Shown: positions 10,690 through 23,533, counted from the stretch's first letter. The stretch is 64,000 nucleotides of DNA from Hemiscyllium ocellatum (GCF_020745735.1 NC_083430.1:34214909-34278908), one strand, 5' to 3'. A program made the numbers and translations. Notes: generated by a model from the sequence alone, not told the origin.

Positions 10690-12010
10690 CAGTTTCTCTG
10701 GTTGTAAGTTTGCTTGCTGAGCTGGTAGATTTGCTGTCAGACATTTTTGTCACCATGCTTAGGTAACATAATCAGTGAGCCTCTGATAAAGCGCTGGTGT
10801 TCTGTCCCATTTGCAATTTATCTGCATTGGTCTGTTGTGGTGGGTGATATCACCTGCGGTTATTTTCCTGAGAGGTTGGTAAATGGGGTCCAAATTGACA
10901 TGTTTATTTAATGGAGTTCTGGTTTGAATGCCACTCCTTTAGGAATTTCTGAGTGTGTCTGTTTAGTCTGTCCCAGGATGGGTGTATTGCCCCAGTCGAA
11001 CTGGTGTTCCTCTTTGTCTGTGTGTATGGATACTGGTGATAATTGGTCATGTCTTTTGTTGGCTAGTTGGTGCTCATGTATCCTGGTGGCTAATTTTCTG
11101 CCCATCTGTCCAATGTAATGTTTGTTGCAGTCCTTGCAGAGTGTTTTATATATGGCATTTTGTTCTGCTGGTTGTTGGTATAGGGTCCTTTTAAATTCAT
11201 CAGCAGCTCTTTCAGTGTGGTGGTAGGTTTGTTGGCTATCCTGATACCTAGGGGCCAGAGTAGTCTTTAATATATGGAAGGGTGGCTAGAGTTTCTGGAC
11301 ATGTTGTGTCGTCTTGTTTATGTCTGTTGTGTAGGAATCGGTAGACTGCACTTATCAGGTCCCCATTGTTCCTGAATACCTCATATAGGTGTTTTTCCTG
11401 GGTGCCGCAGTATGTTGTAGCCTGTTTTAAATGTCCTGATGCAACTCCATTTGTGGGTTTTAGGATGATTGCTCCTGTAGTTGAATATCTGGTCAGTGTG
11501 TGTGGCTTTCCTATAAAAGCTGGTCTTTAGCTCTCCATCAGCTTTGCGTTCTACCATGACATTGAGGAAGAGGAGTCTGTTGTTCTTTTCCTCTTTGGTG
11601 AACTTCATACAGGTAAGGAAGTTGTTTATGTGTTTGTGGGTTTATTCTAATTTATTGTGTTTTGTGATGACAAAGGTGTCATCCACACAGCAGAACCAAA
11701 GCTTGGGCTGGATTGTGGGGAGGGCTGTTTGTTCTAGTCTCTGCATAACTGCTTCTGCTCAGAGTCCTGATATTGGTGATCCCATTGCTTTGTTTGTAGA
11801 TCTTGTCAGTGAAGGTGAAGTGAGTTGTGAGGCTCACGTCTACGAGTTTGTGGATGATGTCCTTGTTGATGGAGTTGGTGCTGTCAGGTTTTGTGTCCTT
11901 GGTTTGTCTAGCAGTGAGGCCAGTGTTTCTTTGGCTAGGGTAATGTTTATTGATGTGAACTGTCACATCGAAGGAAACCATGATCTTGTCATCCTCTACC
12001 TCTCTGCCTT
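10690..12010 (-). mobile_element. Penelope-like retroelement (Poseidon-type), degenerate
   Basis: MVSFDV, KFTKEE..LLFLNVMV..YRKATHTDQ and GRKLATRIHEHQ peptides; degenerate hammerhead motif at ~10737-10778. Confidence 0.85.
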
Positions 12011-12350
12011 TGTTGTTAAGGAATTCCTGGAGCAGTAGATGGAGTGGCTTGAGTCTGCTACTAGGTGTTTCAGTTTGTGTTGCAGTTGCTCTGTTATTCC
12101 CTGAATGCCAGTGGAAAGTAATCTTGTGCCTTTGCCACCTAGGCAGAGTACGTATGTACTTGACTTTCAGTTTCCTGAGTAAAATTCCCAAATTTTACTG
12201 CTTACACCAATGGCTCCAAAAACTCTGTCACTGTCTACTTGCCCCTTGCTTTTACTGTAAGCACTATGGGGTGGAAACAAGTTGCAACTATACAGAACTC
12301 TACTCGCAACGTAAGAGTAAGTAACAAAACAAACATACAGTAGCTTCATA

Positions 12351-12585
12351 GGAGAAAGTGAGGACTGCAGATGATGGAGCTCAGAATTGAGTGTGGTGCT
12401 GGAAAAGCACAGCAGGTCAGGCAGCATTCTAAGAGCAGGAGAGTTGACATTTTGGGCATGAGCCCCTCGTAATGCCTGAAATGTCAGCTCTCCTGCTCCT
12501 TGGATGCTGCCTAATCTGCCGTGTCTATTCCAGCACCACACTTTTTGACTCTGATTGTACAGCATCTGCAGTCCTCACTGCCTCC
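12351..12585. mobile_element. Palindromic mini-element made of two inverted Penelope-like termini
   Basis: AGTGAGGACTGCAGATG (12357) ... CATCTGCAGTCCTCACT (12579), ~110 bp arms; same family as 3040-3162 and 27574-27810. Confidence 0.8.
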
Positions 12586-13189
12586 GAGCTATTGTGTGAA
12601 TCGTGTTCAAGCAGAGCCAAGGTTGAAACTAGTTGTGATGTCCTCCCTGGCAGAAAAAACTTCTCCCCTCAGATTAAACCATTATGATTTTTCTTGAACT
12701 CAGTTGAAGATATCCAATTTCACTTAATTCTTTCTTTTATATTTGCTTTTTACATGTCTGAATAATCTCTTGTTGACATGAAAAGGTGTGTTAAATGAAG
12801 CTCATTGGAGACTAATTACTGATTACAGTGAATGGAATAAAATGGAATTTAAACAACATCGTTCAAGGTGACCATCAGCACTTTGCAGCAGTGAAGTACT
12901 TTTGAAGAGTACTCATTGGAATTTTCTCTCAAGGCTTCCACAAGCAGCTGAGAGATAATATTGTGATAAGCTATCTTTGTGATGTTGACTGAGAAAAACT
13001 CTCAATGCAAAGGTAATTAATTAATTAAGCAGTGAAGCAGATGGACTTTGGATCCTTACCTCTGTAGGCATTTGACCTGGTTAGAGGTAACTGCATGAAA
13101 GCGGCCCGCAGGATATTTCTAGGATTCTTGCTTTTCTAGATAATTGTCTTAGAGTGCATTTTATCCTGAGATATAGAGACATAGACGTA

Positions 13190-13940
13190 GAACTTTGGAA
13201 AACAGGGGAGAACCACCTATACAACGTATTCAAGAAAAACGGATACTCAAAAAATACAGTCTGCAGATTCCTCAAGAACAAACCACAACAAGCAGACCAA
13301 ACACAGCCAGAAACCCTAACCACCTTACCATATTTCAAAGAAGTTTCAGAAATGACAGCTAGACTACAAAGACCCCTCGGAATCCTAGTAGCACACAAAC
13401 CCACCAACATTCTCAAACAAAAACTAACAAACTTAAAAGACCCCGTACAACTCATGGACAAAACAAATGTCATTTACAAAATTCCATGCAAGGACTGCCA
13501 CAAACACCACGTAGGACAAACAGGAAGAAAGTTAGCCACCAGGATACACGAACACCAGCTAGCCACAAAAAGACATGTCCCTCTCTCCCTCGTAGCCCGA
13601 CACACAGATTAAAAAAAACACCATTTCGACTGGGACAACACATCTATCCTGGGACAGGCTAAGCAAAGACATGCAAGAGAATTCCTAGAGGCCTGGCACT
13701 CCAACCACAACGCTATAAACAAACACACACATCTAGATACCATCTATCAACCCCTCAGAAAACGAACAGGGAATGACTTCACCACAAACCCCAGGAACCC
13801 CATCCAGGACAAATGTATAAATAGAAAGCAGGAGACAACAGCTTCTCTTCACTTGGAGGTCACCACTGATGGTGTTACCTAGCCAGGTAATGAAACGTCT
13901 GGATATCAAACCTCCAGCTCAGCGAGCAAACCTACACCCT
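13190..13940 (+). mobile_element. Penelope-like retroelement (Poseidon-type) 3' part with GIY-YIG endonuclease
   Basis: NVIYKIPCKDC..VGQTGRKLATRIHEH; hammerhead motif 13863-13902; flanked by the (AGACAT)n tail of the adjacent CR1. Confidence 0.88.
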
Positions 13941-14164
13941 AGACATAGACATAGACATAGATGTACAGCACAGAAACAGACCCTTGGGTTTACCTCGTCC
14001 ATTCTGAACAGATATCCTAATCTAATCTACTCTCATTTGCCAGCACTTGTCACATATCCCACTAAGCCCTTGCTCTTCATATACCCATCCAGATATCTTT
14101 TTAAATGCTGTACTTGTACCAGCCTCCACCATCTCCTCTGGCAGTTCATTCCATACACCACCAC

Positions 14165-14195
<31 letters not shown>

Positions 14196-14780
14196 AACCA
14201 CCACCACCACCCTCTGTGTGAAAAGGTGGGCCCTTAGGTCCCTTTTATATCTTTCCCTTCTCACCCTAAACCTATGCCCTTCAGTTCTGGACTCCCCCAC
14301 CCAGGGAAAAAAGACTTTGTCTGTTTATCCTACCTATGACCCTGTAATTTTATAAACCTCCTTTCGTGGCCCTGCAGGAGGCCAGTGAGGTTTACCTGGT
14401 GGGTCTCTTTGAGGACACCAACCTGTGCGCCATCCACGCCAAGCGAGTCACCATCATGCACAAAGACATCCAGCAGGACTGTCGTATCCGTGGGGAGCAC
14501 ACCTAAACAGTCTGGCCAGCCCTGCAACTCTCAGCCTTTGACGCTCCAGGGAAAACAGTTCCAACCTATTCAGTCTCTTCTCATAGCTCAAACCCTCCAA
14601 CCCTGGCAACATTTTTGTAAACCTTTTCTGAATCCTTTCAAGATTTTACAACATCCTACCGGTAGAAATGAGATCAGAATTACATACAATATTCCAAAAG
14701 TGGCCTAACTAATGTCCTACAGCTGCAACATGACCTCCCAATTCTTATGCTCAATGCTCTGACCAATAAAAGCTATTCTA
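13941..14780 (-). mobile_element. CR1/HER1-like LINE 3' part containing a histone H3 insert
   Basis: GESRTEGHRFRVRRERYKRDLR..FTQRVV..WNELPEE; colinear with 33815-34430. Confidence 0.85.
14366..14506 (+). pseudogene. Histone H3 3' fragment (about residues 90-135 plus stop)
   Basis: Translates [46 protein letters not shown], versus H3 [46 protein letters not shown]. Confidence 0.95.
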
Positions 14781-15287
14781 CCATGAGCTGTACAGCTCCC
14801 AAAAGCAGAGGTGCTGAAATGGAAGATGCCTGACTGGGCAAATAAGATGTTATCATTTACATCTTTTGGCTTGTTTAGTACATAAAGGAGTTATGATATC
14901 TTAATGCACAAACTGGTCACAGAAATGGTAAATTTGATCACCTATCTGTACTGCTGCACTCAATCTTTCTGTCTTGTATTTTCATCATTACAGTTTTGAG
15001 AGTGTCTTGCTGGAAAAGTACAGCAGGTCAGGCAGCATCTGGGGAGCAGGAAAATTGACTTTTTGGGCCGGAGCCTTTCATCGGGAAGGCTTCCCTGTCA
15101 TCATTTCACCCTGTTTGCAGCTGTGACTTGAGTGATCTTTGTTTTGACCTTGAGAATTCAATAATTAATCCTTTGTCTTTCCAACCCTTGATCATCCAAC
15201 CCATTGCCTCCTCATGTAACCAGCTCCTGTGAAGTCTTATTCATATGCTAAAGGTGCAATGTAAGTGTAGCTTGGTGTATTTATAGA

Positions 15288-15755
15288 ACTGAAAATGTGT
15301 TGCTGGAAAAGCGCAGCAGGTCAGGCAGCATCCAAGGAGCAGGAGAGTCGACATTTTGGGCATGAGCCCTTCTTCAGGAATGAGGAAAGTGTGTCCAGTA
15401 GGCTAAGATAAAAGGTAGGGAGGGGGGACTTGGGGGAGGGGTGTTGGAAATGCAATAGGTGGAAGGAGGTCAAGGTGAGGGTGATAGGCCGGAGTGTGGG
15501 TGGGAGGGGAGAGGTCAGGAAGAAGATTGCAGGTTAGGAGGGCGGTGCTGAGTTTGAGGGATTTGACTGAGACAAGGTGGAGGGAGGGGAAATGAGGGAA
15601 CTGGAGAAATCTGAGTTCATCCCTTGTGGTTGGAGGGTTCCTAGGCGGTAGATGAGGCGCTCTTCTTCCAGTCGTCGTGTTGCTATGGTCTGGCGATGGA
15701 GGAGTCCAAGGACCTGCATGTCCTTGGTGAAGTGGGAAGGGGAGTTGAAGTGTTG
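15288..15755 (-). mobile_element. Penelope-like (Neptune-type) 3' end
   Basis: QVLGLLHRQTIATRRLEEERLIYRLGTLQPQGMNSDF plus the same terminal repeat as 3040-3162. Confidence 0.85.
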
Positions 15756-15789
15756 TATTTATAGTATTTGAAGTATTTATAGTACCCCT

Positions 15790-16110
15790 AGTGTAGAAAC
15801 AGGCTGTTTCAGCCCAACAAGTCCACACCGACCCTCCAAACAGTATCCACCCAGACCCATTCTCCCTACCCTAAGATTACCTCTGACTAATGCACCTTAC
15901 TTATATATCACTGAACACTGGGTGATTTAGCATGGCCAATCCACCATTACCTACACATCTTTGGATGAGGGGATGAAACAGAACACCCGGAGGAAACCCA
16001 TGCAGACCTGGAGAGAATGTGCAAACTTCACTCAGACAATCGCCTGAGGCCGGAATTGAACGTGGGTCCCTGGCACCTTGAGGCAGCAGTGCTAACCACT
16101 GAACCACCTC
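15790..16110 (-). mobile_element. HE1-like tRNA-derived SINE
   Basis: - strand has A/B-box-like GTGGTTCAGTGGTTAGCACTGCTGCCTCA..GTTCAATTCC and a CR1-like 3' tail. Confidence 0.8.
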
Positions 16111-16295
16111 AACCTGCAATTATACTGGTATAATAAATAGCAGTGACTGAAATTAAGGTGAAGCTGCAACTTGAATTCATAGCCAGACACTTACACTTGT
16201 ATAAGTTTTATATTCATGTCCCTGTGTCACACAAACCATCACAACCACTGTGAACAATGGACAATCAGAAGTAAAGATCAGATATTTCTTTTACC

Positions 16296-16505
16296 TAGAC
16301 AAGCAGGAGGCTGGAAGAACATAGCAAGCCAGGCAGCATCTGGAGGTGGAGAAGTCAACATTTTGGGTATAACCCTTCTCCTGACAAAGGGTTACACCCA
16401 AAATGTTGACTTCTCCACTTTATGACGCTGCCTGGCTTGCTGTGTTCTTCCAGCCGCCTGCTTGTCTACCTTGGATTCCAGGCTCTTTATTTTTGTCGCC
16501 AACTA
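16296..16505. mobile_element. Palindromic Penelope-terminus mini-element (second family)
   Basis: TAGACAAGCAGG (16296) ... CCTGCTTGTCTA (16468); decayed hammerhead core at the centre; degenerate flanking duplication ATTTCTTTTACCTAG / ATTTCTTTCACTTAG. Confidence 0.7.
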
Positions 16506-17557
16506 AATTTCTTTCACTTAGCAGAAACGAGCATCCCTCATGTAGAGTAGTTAAAATCTGCAGGAGTTGAAACTTTTGAGTTCAGCTACACAAACTATGT
16601 GTCGCCATGCTTTGGCAATGATGGAAAGGTGCCAGACAAGTGAAGGTAACACTTTCCCAGGAGAAGTGATGTAGTAAGAGACAAACACCCATGGAGTAAC
16701 TTCTGGGCCACAGCATGGACAGCCAATTCCTCATCAACATTTTATTCAATTTTGGAATCTGGACATTACCTTTGCGAATGTGTTGGTGAGTCACTTTGAA
16801 CTTTTGTAGTCTATGTGGTGTTGTGAGAGAAATTTGGGAAGGAAGATCTATGTTTTTACTCTGTATTGTGAAGCAACTGTGTCATGCCAAGTCAGGATTA
16901 TAGAGCCTCCCATTGTGCTTGATATCCACAAGCTCACTTTGCTTGTTTTGCGGTGGTCTAAATACTCTTTGATCTAAACTGACACAGTGGTAATATTTTT
17001 TGAATGGTTTATTTACTTTTCCTGAAGTGGTGACTTTTACTTGTCATTTGACTGCAGGGGTCATCACATCTGTCCACAGAAATGTATACTTTGCATCAGA
17101 GTAATAACTGGGTAATGGTCAGCAGAGGAATCCCAGACTATCCATTCTCCTTTGTTCCTGCATTAAAAGGCTTTCTCAGCTGTTAGCAGGAGCAGTTGTA
17201 GGGATGTGCTATTGCTGGCCCATTTACACAAAAAAAACAACTCCAGTAGGAATTCCCATATTGATTATTTGAGAATAACTGACTCTGGGTACAGGCGCAG
17301 CCATTTGATCCTCTTCAGATGAATTTGTTCTTGATTGACCTATATCTGACCAACATTTACTGTCTTGGTTTCATAACCTATTTAAATATATCATGCTCCA
17401 CTTTTCAGTTTCTAATCGACTCCCAACCTTAACACGCCTTCAGTGGGTGGGAGCATTCAAGATTTTGGATACGTTTTTATGAAGAAATGCTTCTTGACAT
17501 AAATGGCCCAACTCTAATATTACGGTAATGCTCTGTCATCAGAGATGATAATGCACT

Positions 17558-18310
17558 TAGAACATAGAACATAGAACATAGAAAAATACAGCACAGTACA
17601 GGCCCTTCAGCCCTCGATGTTGCGCCGACCAAAGCCTACCTAACCTACACTAGCCCAATAACCTCCATATGCTTATCCAATGCCCACTTAAAAGACCATA
17701 AAGAGGGAGAGTCCACCACTGCTACTGGCAGGGCATTCCATGAACTCACGACTCGCTGAGTAAAGAATCTACCCCTAACATCTGTCCTATACCAACCTCC
17801 CCTTAATTTAAATCTGTGTCCCCTAGTAACAGCTGACTCCATTAGCGGAAAAAGGTTCTCACTGTCAACCCTATCTAAACCCCTAATCATCTTGTATTCA
17901 TGTACTTATCCAAATATCTTTTAAACATTGTAACTGTACTTACATCCACTATCTTCTCTGGCAGTTCATTCCACACAAGAACCACTCTCTATGTAAAATT
18001 TTGCCACTCATGTCCTTCTTAAATCTTTCTCCTCTCAGCTTAAAAAATGCCCCCTTGCTTTGAAAACCTTAGGGAAAAGATCCTTGTCATTCACCTTATC
18101 CAGGCCCCTCATGATTTTATAAGCCTCTCTATGGTCACCCCTCAGCCTCCTAGCTTCCCAGTAAGAAACGTTCCTGCCTATCCAGCCTTCTTTTACAACT
18201 GAAACCTTCCATTCCCAGCAACATCCTGACCAATCTTTTCTGAACCCTCTCCAGTTTTAATAACATCCCTTTTTGTAACATGGCAACCAGATCTGTGCAC
18301 AGTATTCCTG
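17558..18310 (-). mobile_element. Two adjacent CR1 LINE 3' fragments; the first is younger with an (AGAACAT)n tail
   Basis: IRGLDRVDSENLFP..TRGHRFKL..FFTQRVV..WNALP and LERVQKRLVRML peptides. Confidence 0.8.
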
Positions 18311-18792
18311 AAAAGGAGTTACAGAACAGCATTTGAAAATGAAATGCATCAATATCTGAGGAGTTGCAAATGGTGCTAAACGCTGTCCAATCATTGGTGA
18401 ACATCCCCACTTCTGATCTTATTTTAGAGGGAATGCCTTTGATGTAGCTGTTGGATCTCGAATCAAATGTACTATTGCTGAAAGAAAACATAATTGCGCC
18501 TTTTCATCTTTCACTCATCAGGACAAGGGCAAGATTGCCAAATTTTACATGATCATCACTAACAATCCAATGGAATGGCTGTGATGATTTCAACTGGACA
18601 TTTCTGCCTAGGTTCCCTTGAATTTTGCTTTTCTTCTATGCAGACCTCTGTGTTCAGCATGAGGCAGTGATTCCAAATCTGGTAATCAATCCTGGGAATG
18701 GGATTTCCACGCACAGATCTTCGGAATGGGCTGTGCAGCTTAGAGGGATGATTGGTGCTTGTGTTTGTCCTGATGAGTACAAGAGAAAGATG

Positions 18793-19075
18793 CAGGTTGG
18801 CTCAGTGGTTAGCTCTGCTGTCTCACAGCGAAGGGTTTTAATTCCACCCTTTGGTGACTGTCTATGTTTGCACATTTCCACTTGGCTGTCCTCCGGGTGC
18901 TCTGGTTTCGTCCCACAATCCAAAGATGTGCAGGTTAGATGGATTGACCATGGGAAATACAGGGTTATAGGAATAGGTTAAAGGGATGCGTCTGGGTGGG
19001 ATGCTCTTCTGGACATCAGTGTGGACTGGATGGGCCAAAGGGTCTGTTTTCACACTGTAGAGCTTCTATGATTCT
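18793..19075 (+). mobile_element. HE1-like SINE
   Basis: TGGCTCAGTGGTTAGC head, CCCACAATCCAAAGATGTGCAGGTTAG body, CR1-like tail. Confidence 0.75.
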
Positions 19076-19470
19076 GTAGCATGTCACTCCTTTCGACTAT
19101 TCCATCATTGATATATCAGGGGTAACTGCTATGTGCAAACCTTATAGATTACTGTCAATCTCTGGTTCAGGAAGTGTGAATCTTTGAAAAGTATTAACCA
19201 GTCTATCATGAACAGTTTCAGCAACAAACATCTCCAATCTGGTGGATAAACAAACAATATCCTTTCCAACTTCAGACAGTTTGGGAGGTGGAGGGTCTAG
19301 TCAGTGAACTCCCAGACAAAGTGAAGCAAGTTTGGAGATACAAACAACACTGCCTACTAGGTCACCAATTTAATCTGCTACACTTGAGAGAATACAACTG
19401 TGGCGTTTTGGTTTTGTTTGAGTATTTGCTTGCTGATGGATGGAAGCCTAATTTGTTTTCCCTCCCACAG

Positions 19471-19661
19471 TCTCGCATTCCTCACATGGAACGATCCCTG
19501 GGATTGTCCTGACGCTGGGCCAGGGTGATGTTGGCCAACTTGGTCTAGGGGAAAATGTGATGGAGAGAAAGAAACCCGCCTTTGTCAAGCAATTACCGGA
19601 GAAAATAGTGCAGGTGGAGGCCGGAGGAATGCATACTGTGTGCCTTGGGGCCTCGGGCAGT
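19471..19661 (+). CDS. RCC1: RCC1 coding exon 2
   Basis: [37 protein letters not shown]...[15 protein letters not shown]; CCCACAG acceptor, GTAAGT donor. Confidence 0.97.
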
Positions 19662-21297
19662 GTAAGTACTGGAAGGATGACTCATGTTTGTGCCATGTCT
19701 TTTGTGACATCCAAATGCTCCAAAGCACTTCACAGCCAATTCAGTTCTTTCTGATGTGTAATAAGGTAATGTTGGCATGCACAGCTGTACCCAAGCAGCA
19801 ATGTGATAAATACCAGATAAAATTACTTTTTTAATGACATCAGCTGAACTATCAGTGTTGGTCAGGGTACAATTTCTTATCCTTTCTTTGAATGAGTACC
19901 ATGTGATTTCTGTAGCCAGTTGTGAGTGTGAATGGGGCCTCTCTTTTTAAATCTCATGTAAAGTGGTGCCTGTTGAGTATAGCCTTCTGTGCACTGTATT
20001 GGAATGTCAGTATTCAAAATTTGGTGAGAAATTAAATGACCTAGTTCTAACTTTAAAGTTATACCCCTCTGTTCTAGATTCCTGCACCTGAGGAAATAGA
20101 TTACAGGAAATTAAGTCACTTTTGCAAGTTGGGGTGCATTAAGGAAAACGCAGATTTGTTAAACACCACTTGTGCCTTCAAGCAGTTTAATTGAACTTTT
20201 TTAAAAATTCAGTCATGGGATGTGGGCATCGCAGGCTGTGCCAGCATTTCTTGGGTATCCCTAGTTGTCTTTGGGAAGGGTCAAGAGTGTGGTGCTGGAA
20301 AAGCACAGCAGGTCAAGCAGCATCTGAGGAGCAGGAAAATCCATGTTTTGGGTAAAAGCCCTTTGTCAGAAATCTGCAATTGGTGGTATTCCTTTGTCAT
20401 TCAAGGTGATAGTGGTTGTGGATTTGGAAGGTGCTGTCTAACAAAGCCTAAATTTCTGCAATGTATCTTGTAAATGCTATACTATTAAACTTCATTTGTG
20501 GAAGCCGCAAGTGTTACTGCACATGGTACCAATTAATGACTTTTTTTTTAATGTTTTGGTTGCAGAGAAGGTGGGTAGGCAGAACGTGGTTGATGTGATA
20601 AAGATGAAGTTCTAAATTGCGCAACAGGGTCATCAACCAAGTTGAAACCCTTGAACAGCATTCCTTTTAATATTTTTTCCACTATTGGATTGCTGAGTTC
20701 TATGCCGCTTTTGAAAGTGGAAACCAGTTTGTTGGTACACTCGTGTGCGGAGCATAGGTAAAATATTACCCGTGAAATTAATTGGACAGTAACAGGGATA
20801 ATATATTGGCTGAGTGACCAAAACAAAGCAGTGGCAATTCGTTTATTTGCACTGGAGAAAGATGGGCGAAGAGGCTTCCCAGGACTTGGCATTAAGATCA
20901 CTGCTTTTCTTGATATATTTTAACAGCTTAGGTTTTGAGTTTGCAAGGCACAATTTCAACATTTATAGGTAGCATGAAAAAATAGAACTATTGTCATCTG
21001 TGAGGAATGCAAGAGGGCATGGAACCAGGAATGTGGACAGGTTGCAGATGATATTAAAGTCAGAAGTGTGAAGTTATACATTGTCTCGCTTCATTCTTCC
21101 TAGTACAATCTAAAACAAAGTACATGCTATAATGCTAAAGGAGGCATTGGTGTAGTGTGACCTAAAAGAATATGTTCATAAATCATTGAAGGGGCAGTGC
21201 AGGTTGAGAAAGTGGCTTAAAAAGGAAATGGAATTCTGGCCTTTATATATAAAGTTATAAGTTTACAAAAGCAAGGGGTTTGTGATCAATCTGGGGA

Positions 21298-21635
21298 AGT
21301 GGTGGCTCAGTGGTGAACATGCTAGCTCACAGCACAAGGGACCCAGTTTTGATTCCCGCCTCAGGTGAATGTCTGTCTGGAGTTTGCTCATTCTCTGTGG
21401 TGTCTGTGAGTTTCCTCTGGGTGGTTTCCTCCCACAGTCCAACGATATGCAGCTTAGGCGAATTTGCCATGCTAAATTGACCATAATGTTCAGGGATGTG
21501 TAGGTTAGGTGCATGAGTCAGGGGAAAACTTAGAGTAATAGGGTAGGGGAATGGGTCTAGGTGGGTTACTCCTTGGAGGGTCGGTGTGGACTTGTTAGAC
21601 CAAATGGCCTGTTTCCAAACTAGTGATTCTATGAT
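21298..21635 (+). mobile_element. HE1-like SINE inside an older CR1 fragment
   Basis: GGTGGCTCAGTGG head, HE1 body, GATTCTATGATT tail. Confidence 0.75.
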
Positions 21636-21947
21636 TTTATGCAACATTGGTTGGATCTCACCTGGAATCTGGTAACTGATTCTGGGATATGCAGTAAAGT
21701 TGTGAAGGATTTTGAGAGAGTGCAGAAAAAAAATCACGAGAATGATGCAGATTGGAGCAAACTCTATGATCTTTTTAAAAAAATAAGAAGTTGAGAGCTC
21801 TGAGGAAAATGTTCCACACCATAATTGATCTCAAGGGACTAGATAAGAGAAGAAAGGGGAAAGGGTAGAGATTCAGAACTCACTATTATTGGTTGAAATG
21901 CAAATGAACCAATGGCAGCATTATAAAAGGTTTTAACTCAACAACTA

Positions 21948-22091
21948 TAGAGGAACCTCGATTATCTGAATATTGGCTTATCCAGCAAGGTCGCAAGGTC
22001 CTGATGCTTGGCTAAACTATATTATCCAGAATTTGGTCAACCGAATGAAATACTCCCTGTCCCTGTCCTTCAGATTACCGAGGTTCCTCTG
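21948..22091. mobile_element. Tigger-like MITE
   Basis: TIRs (C/T)AGAGGAACCTCGATTATCTGAA / TTCAGATTACCGAGGTTCCTCTG with TA on both sides. Confidence 0.8.
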
Positions 22092-23533
22092 TAGTTGGAA
22101 TCTGGGATGCCTGTTGTGGTGTAGATTAAGAGAATTGGATAAGCATCTGGCAAGAGGAGTCTTGCAGAGAGCCAGCGGGAAGTCACTGGATTAAATTGCC
22201 ACCTCAAACTGTAAACCATTCGGTGATTCTTTTGAGTGATATTTCCCATCTCTCTCCTATTCAAGATCAATATATCTTTTCTAATTATGGTGTTCAATCT
22301 GTACTTGAGATGCAAAACGCTTCAAAAGTAATTCATTGGCTGTTTAAGAACCTGAAAGCGGCTATGTAAATACAAATTTTCCCTTACAGGCTAATGGTTT
22401 CCTGAAGTCCATTTGGTAATTTGTTAATTGGAATTGTTTGTGTTGTCAAATGCAAATAATAACATTTCAATCTGTGTAATCACTTGGGAAGTACTGGATG
22501 TTGGATTTACCATTGATTAGGTGAGAATTTTCAACCAGGGAGTGATAAGTGATGTCATTCAAATTCCATTTACATGCCATTATCAGGCATTAATTGAAAG
22601 GAGCTACATCGTCACTAAAGCTATTAGAACTTAATGCATTATTCTTCATGCAATCGATTTTGAACTCAGTGCACAGTAACTTCTATTCTTCATCCATCAA
22701 CCCAGTGACAAATTGACCCTCGGAACTCCCCTGCAACAACTGCATTACCATCTCTGATAATGTGAGGCCTTAAGTTTATAACTTTTATGCTATTAATTAT
22801 GCTGCGTTACTGCTGTGACCATTCTTCATGAATACTTTTGGTCAGAAGGGATTTGCAACTGTTCTTGATAATTACAAGTACAGTATCAGATAAATATCTT
22901 GATTAGAAGAGGAGGTCAGAGGCTGTGAATTTTGCAATGAGTAACGTTTCTTCTGGCTCTCTGCAGCTTGTCCATGATTTGCAAGGCATAGGTCAAGCGT
23001 TTGATTGAATACTTGTTTGCCTGGATAGCTCCAGCAGGACTGAAGAAGCTTGGCACCATCCAGCCCATCAATCACCTTCAACATTTACACTCTTCACTAT
23101 TGCACAGTGGCACTAGTGTGCGTCATCTAAAGGGTACACCACAGCAGCTCATAAAGCCTCCTTTGAAAGCACCTCCCAACTTTAACAATTGAAAGAATAA
23201 GTGCAGCAGTCTCACGGGCGGCGACCTAAAGAGATACTGTCCTGACTTGTAAATATTTTGCGGTATATTGAATCAAAATTCTGGAACTCCCTTCTCAATA
23301 ACACTGGAAGTAGCTACATTCTCTCTGCATACTTGTGAGAAGCAGGTTTACCGATACAGCAATGGGATAAATGAACAGAGTATCTGTTTTTAGTTATGAT
23401 AGTTAAGGGATAAAGCTGACAAGGACTAGGGACAGCTTTACTAATCCAGCAGTTCAGGATGACCTATTAAGGCTTCTTACTTACATCCAGTGTTAATGGA
23501 TATTCCTGACTTTCGTTTCTCTTGCACCCTCAG

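Noticed and set aside
14167-14195. Long poly-C runs (also ~6219-6241)
   Set aside because: Homopolymer length is unreliable and likely reflects slippage; no independent evidence of function.
15790-16110. tRNA-like A/B boxes here and at ~18795, ~21300, ~43060 and ~45535
   Set aside because: These are SINE heads without a complete cloverleaf, not tRNA genes.
8499-19470. Possible alternative exon equivalent to the RCC1 beta/gamma inserts
   Set aside because: No convincing candidate could be identified by eye.
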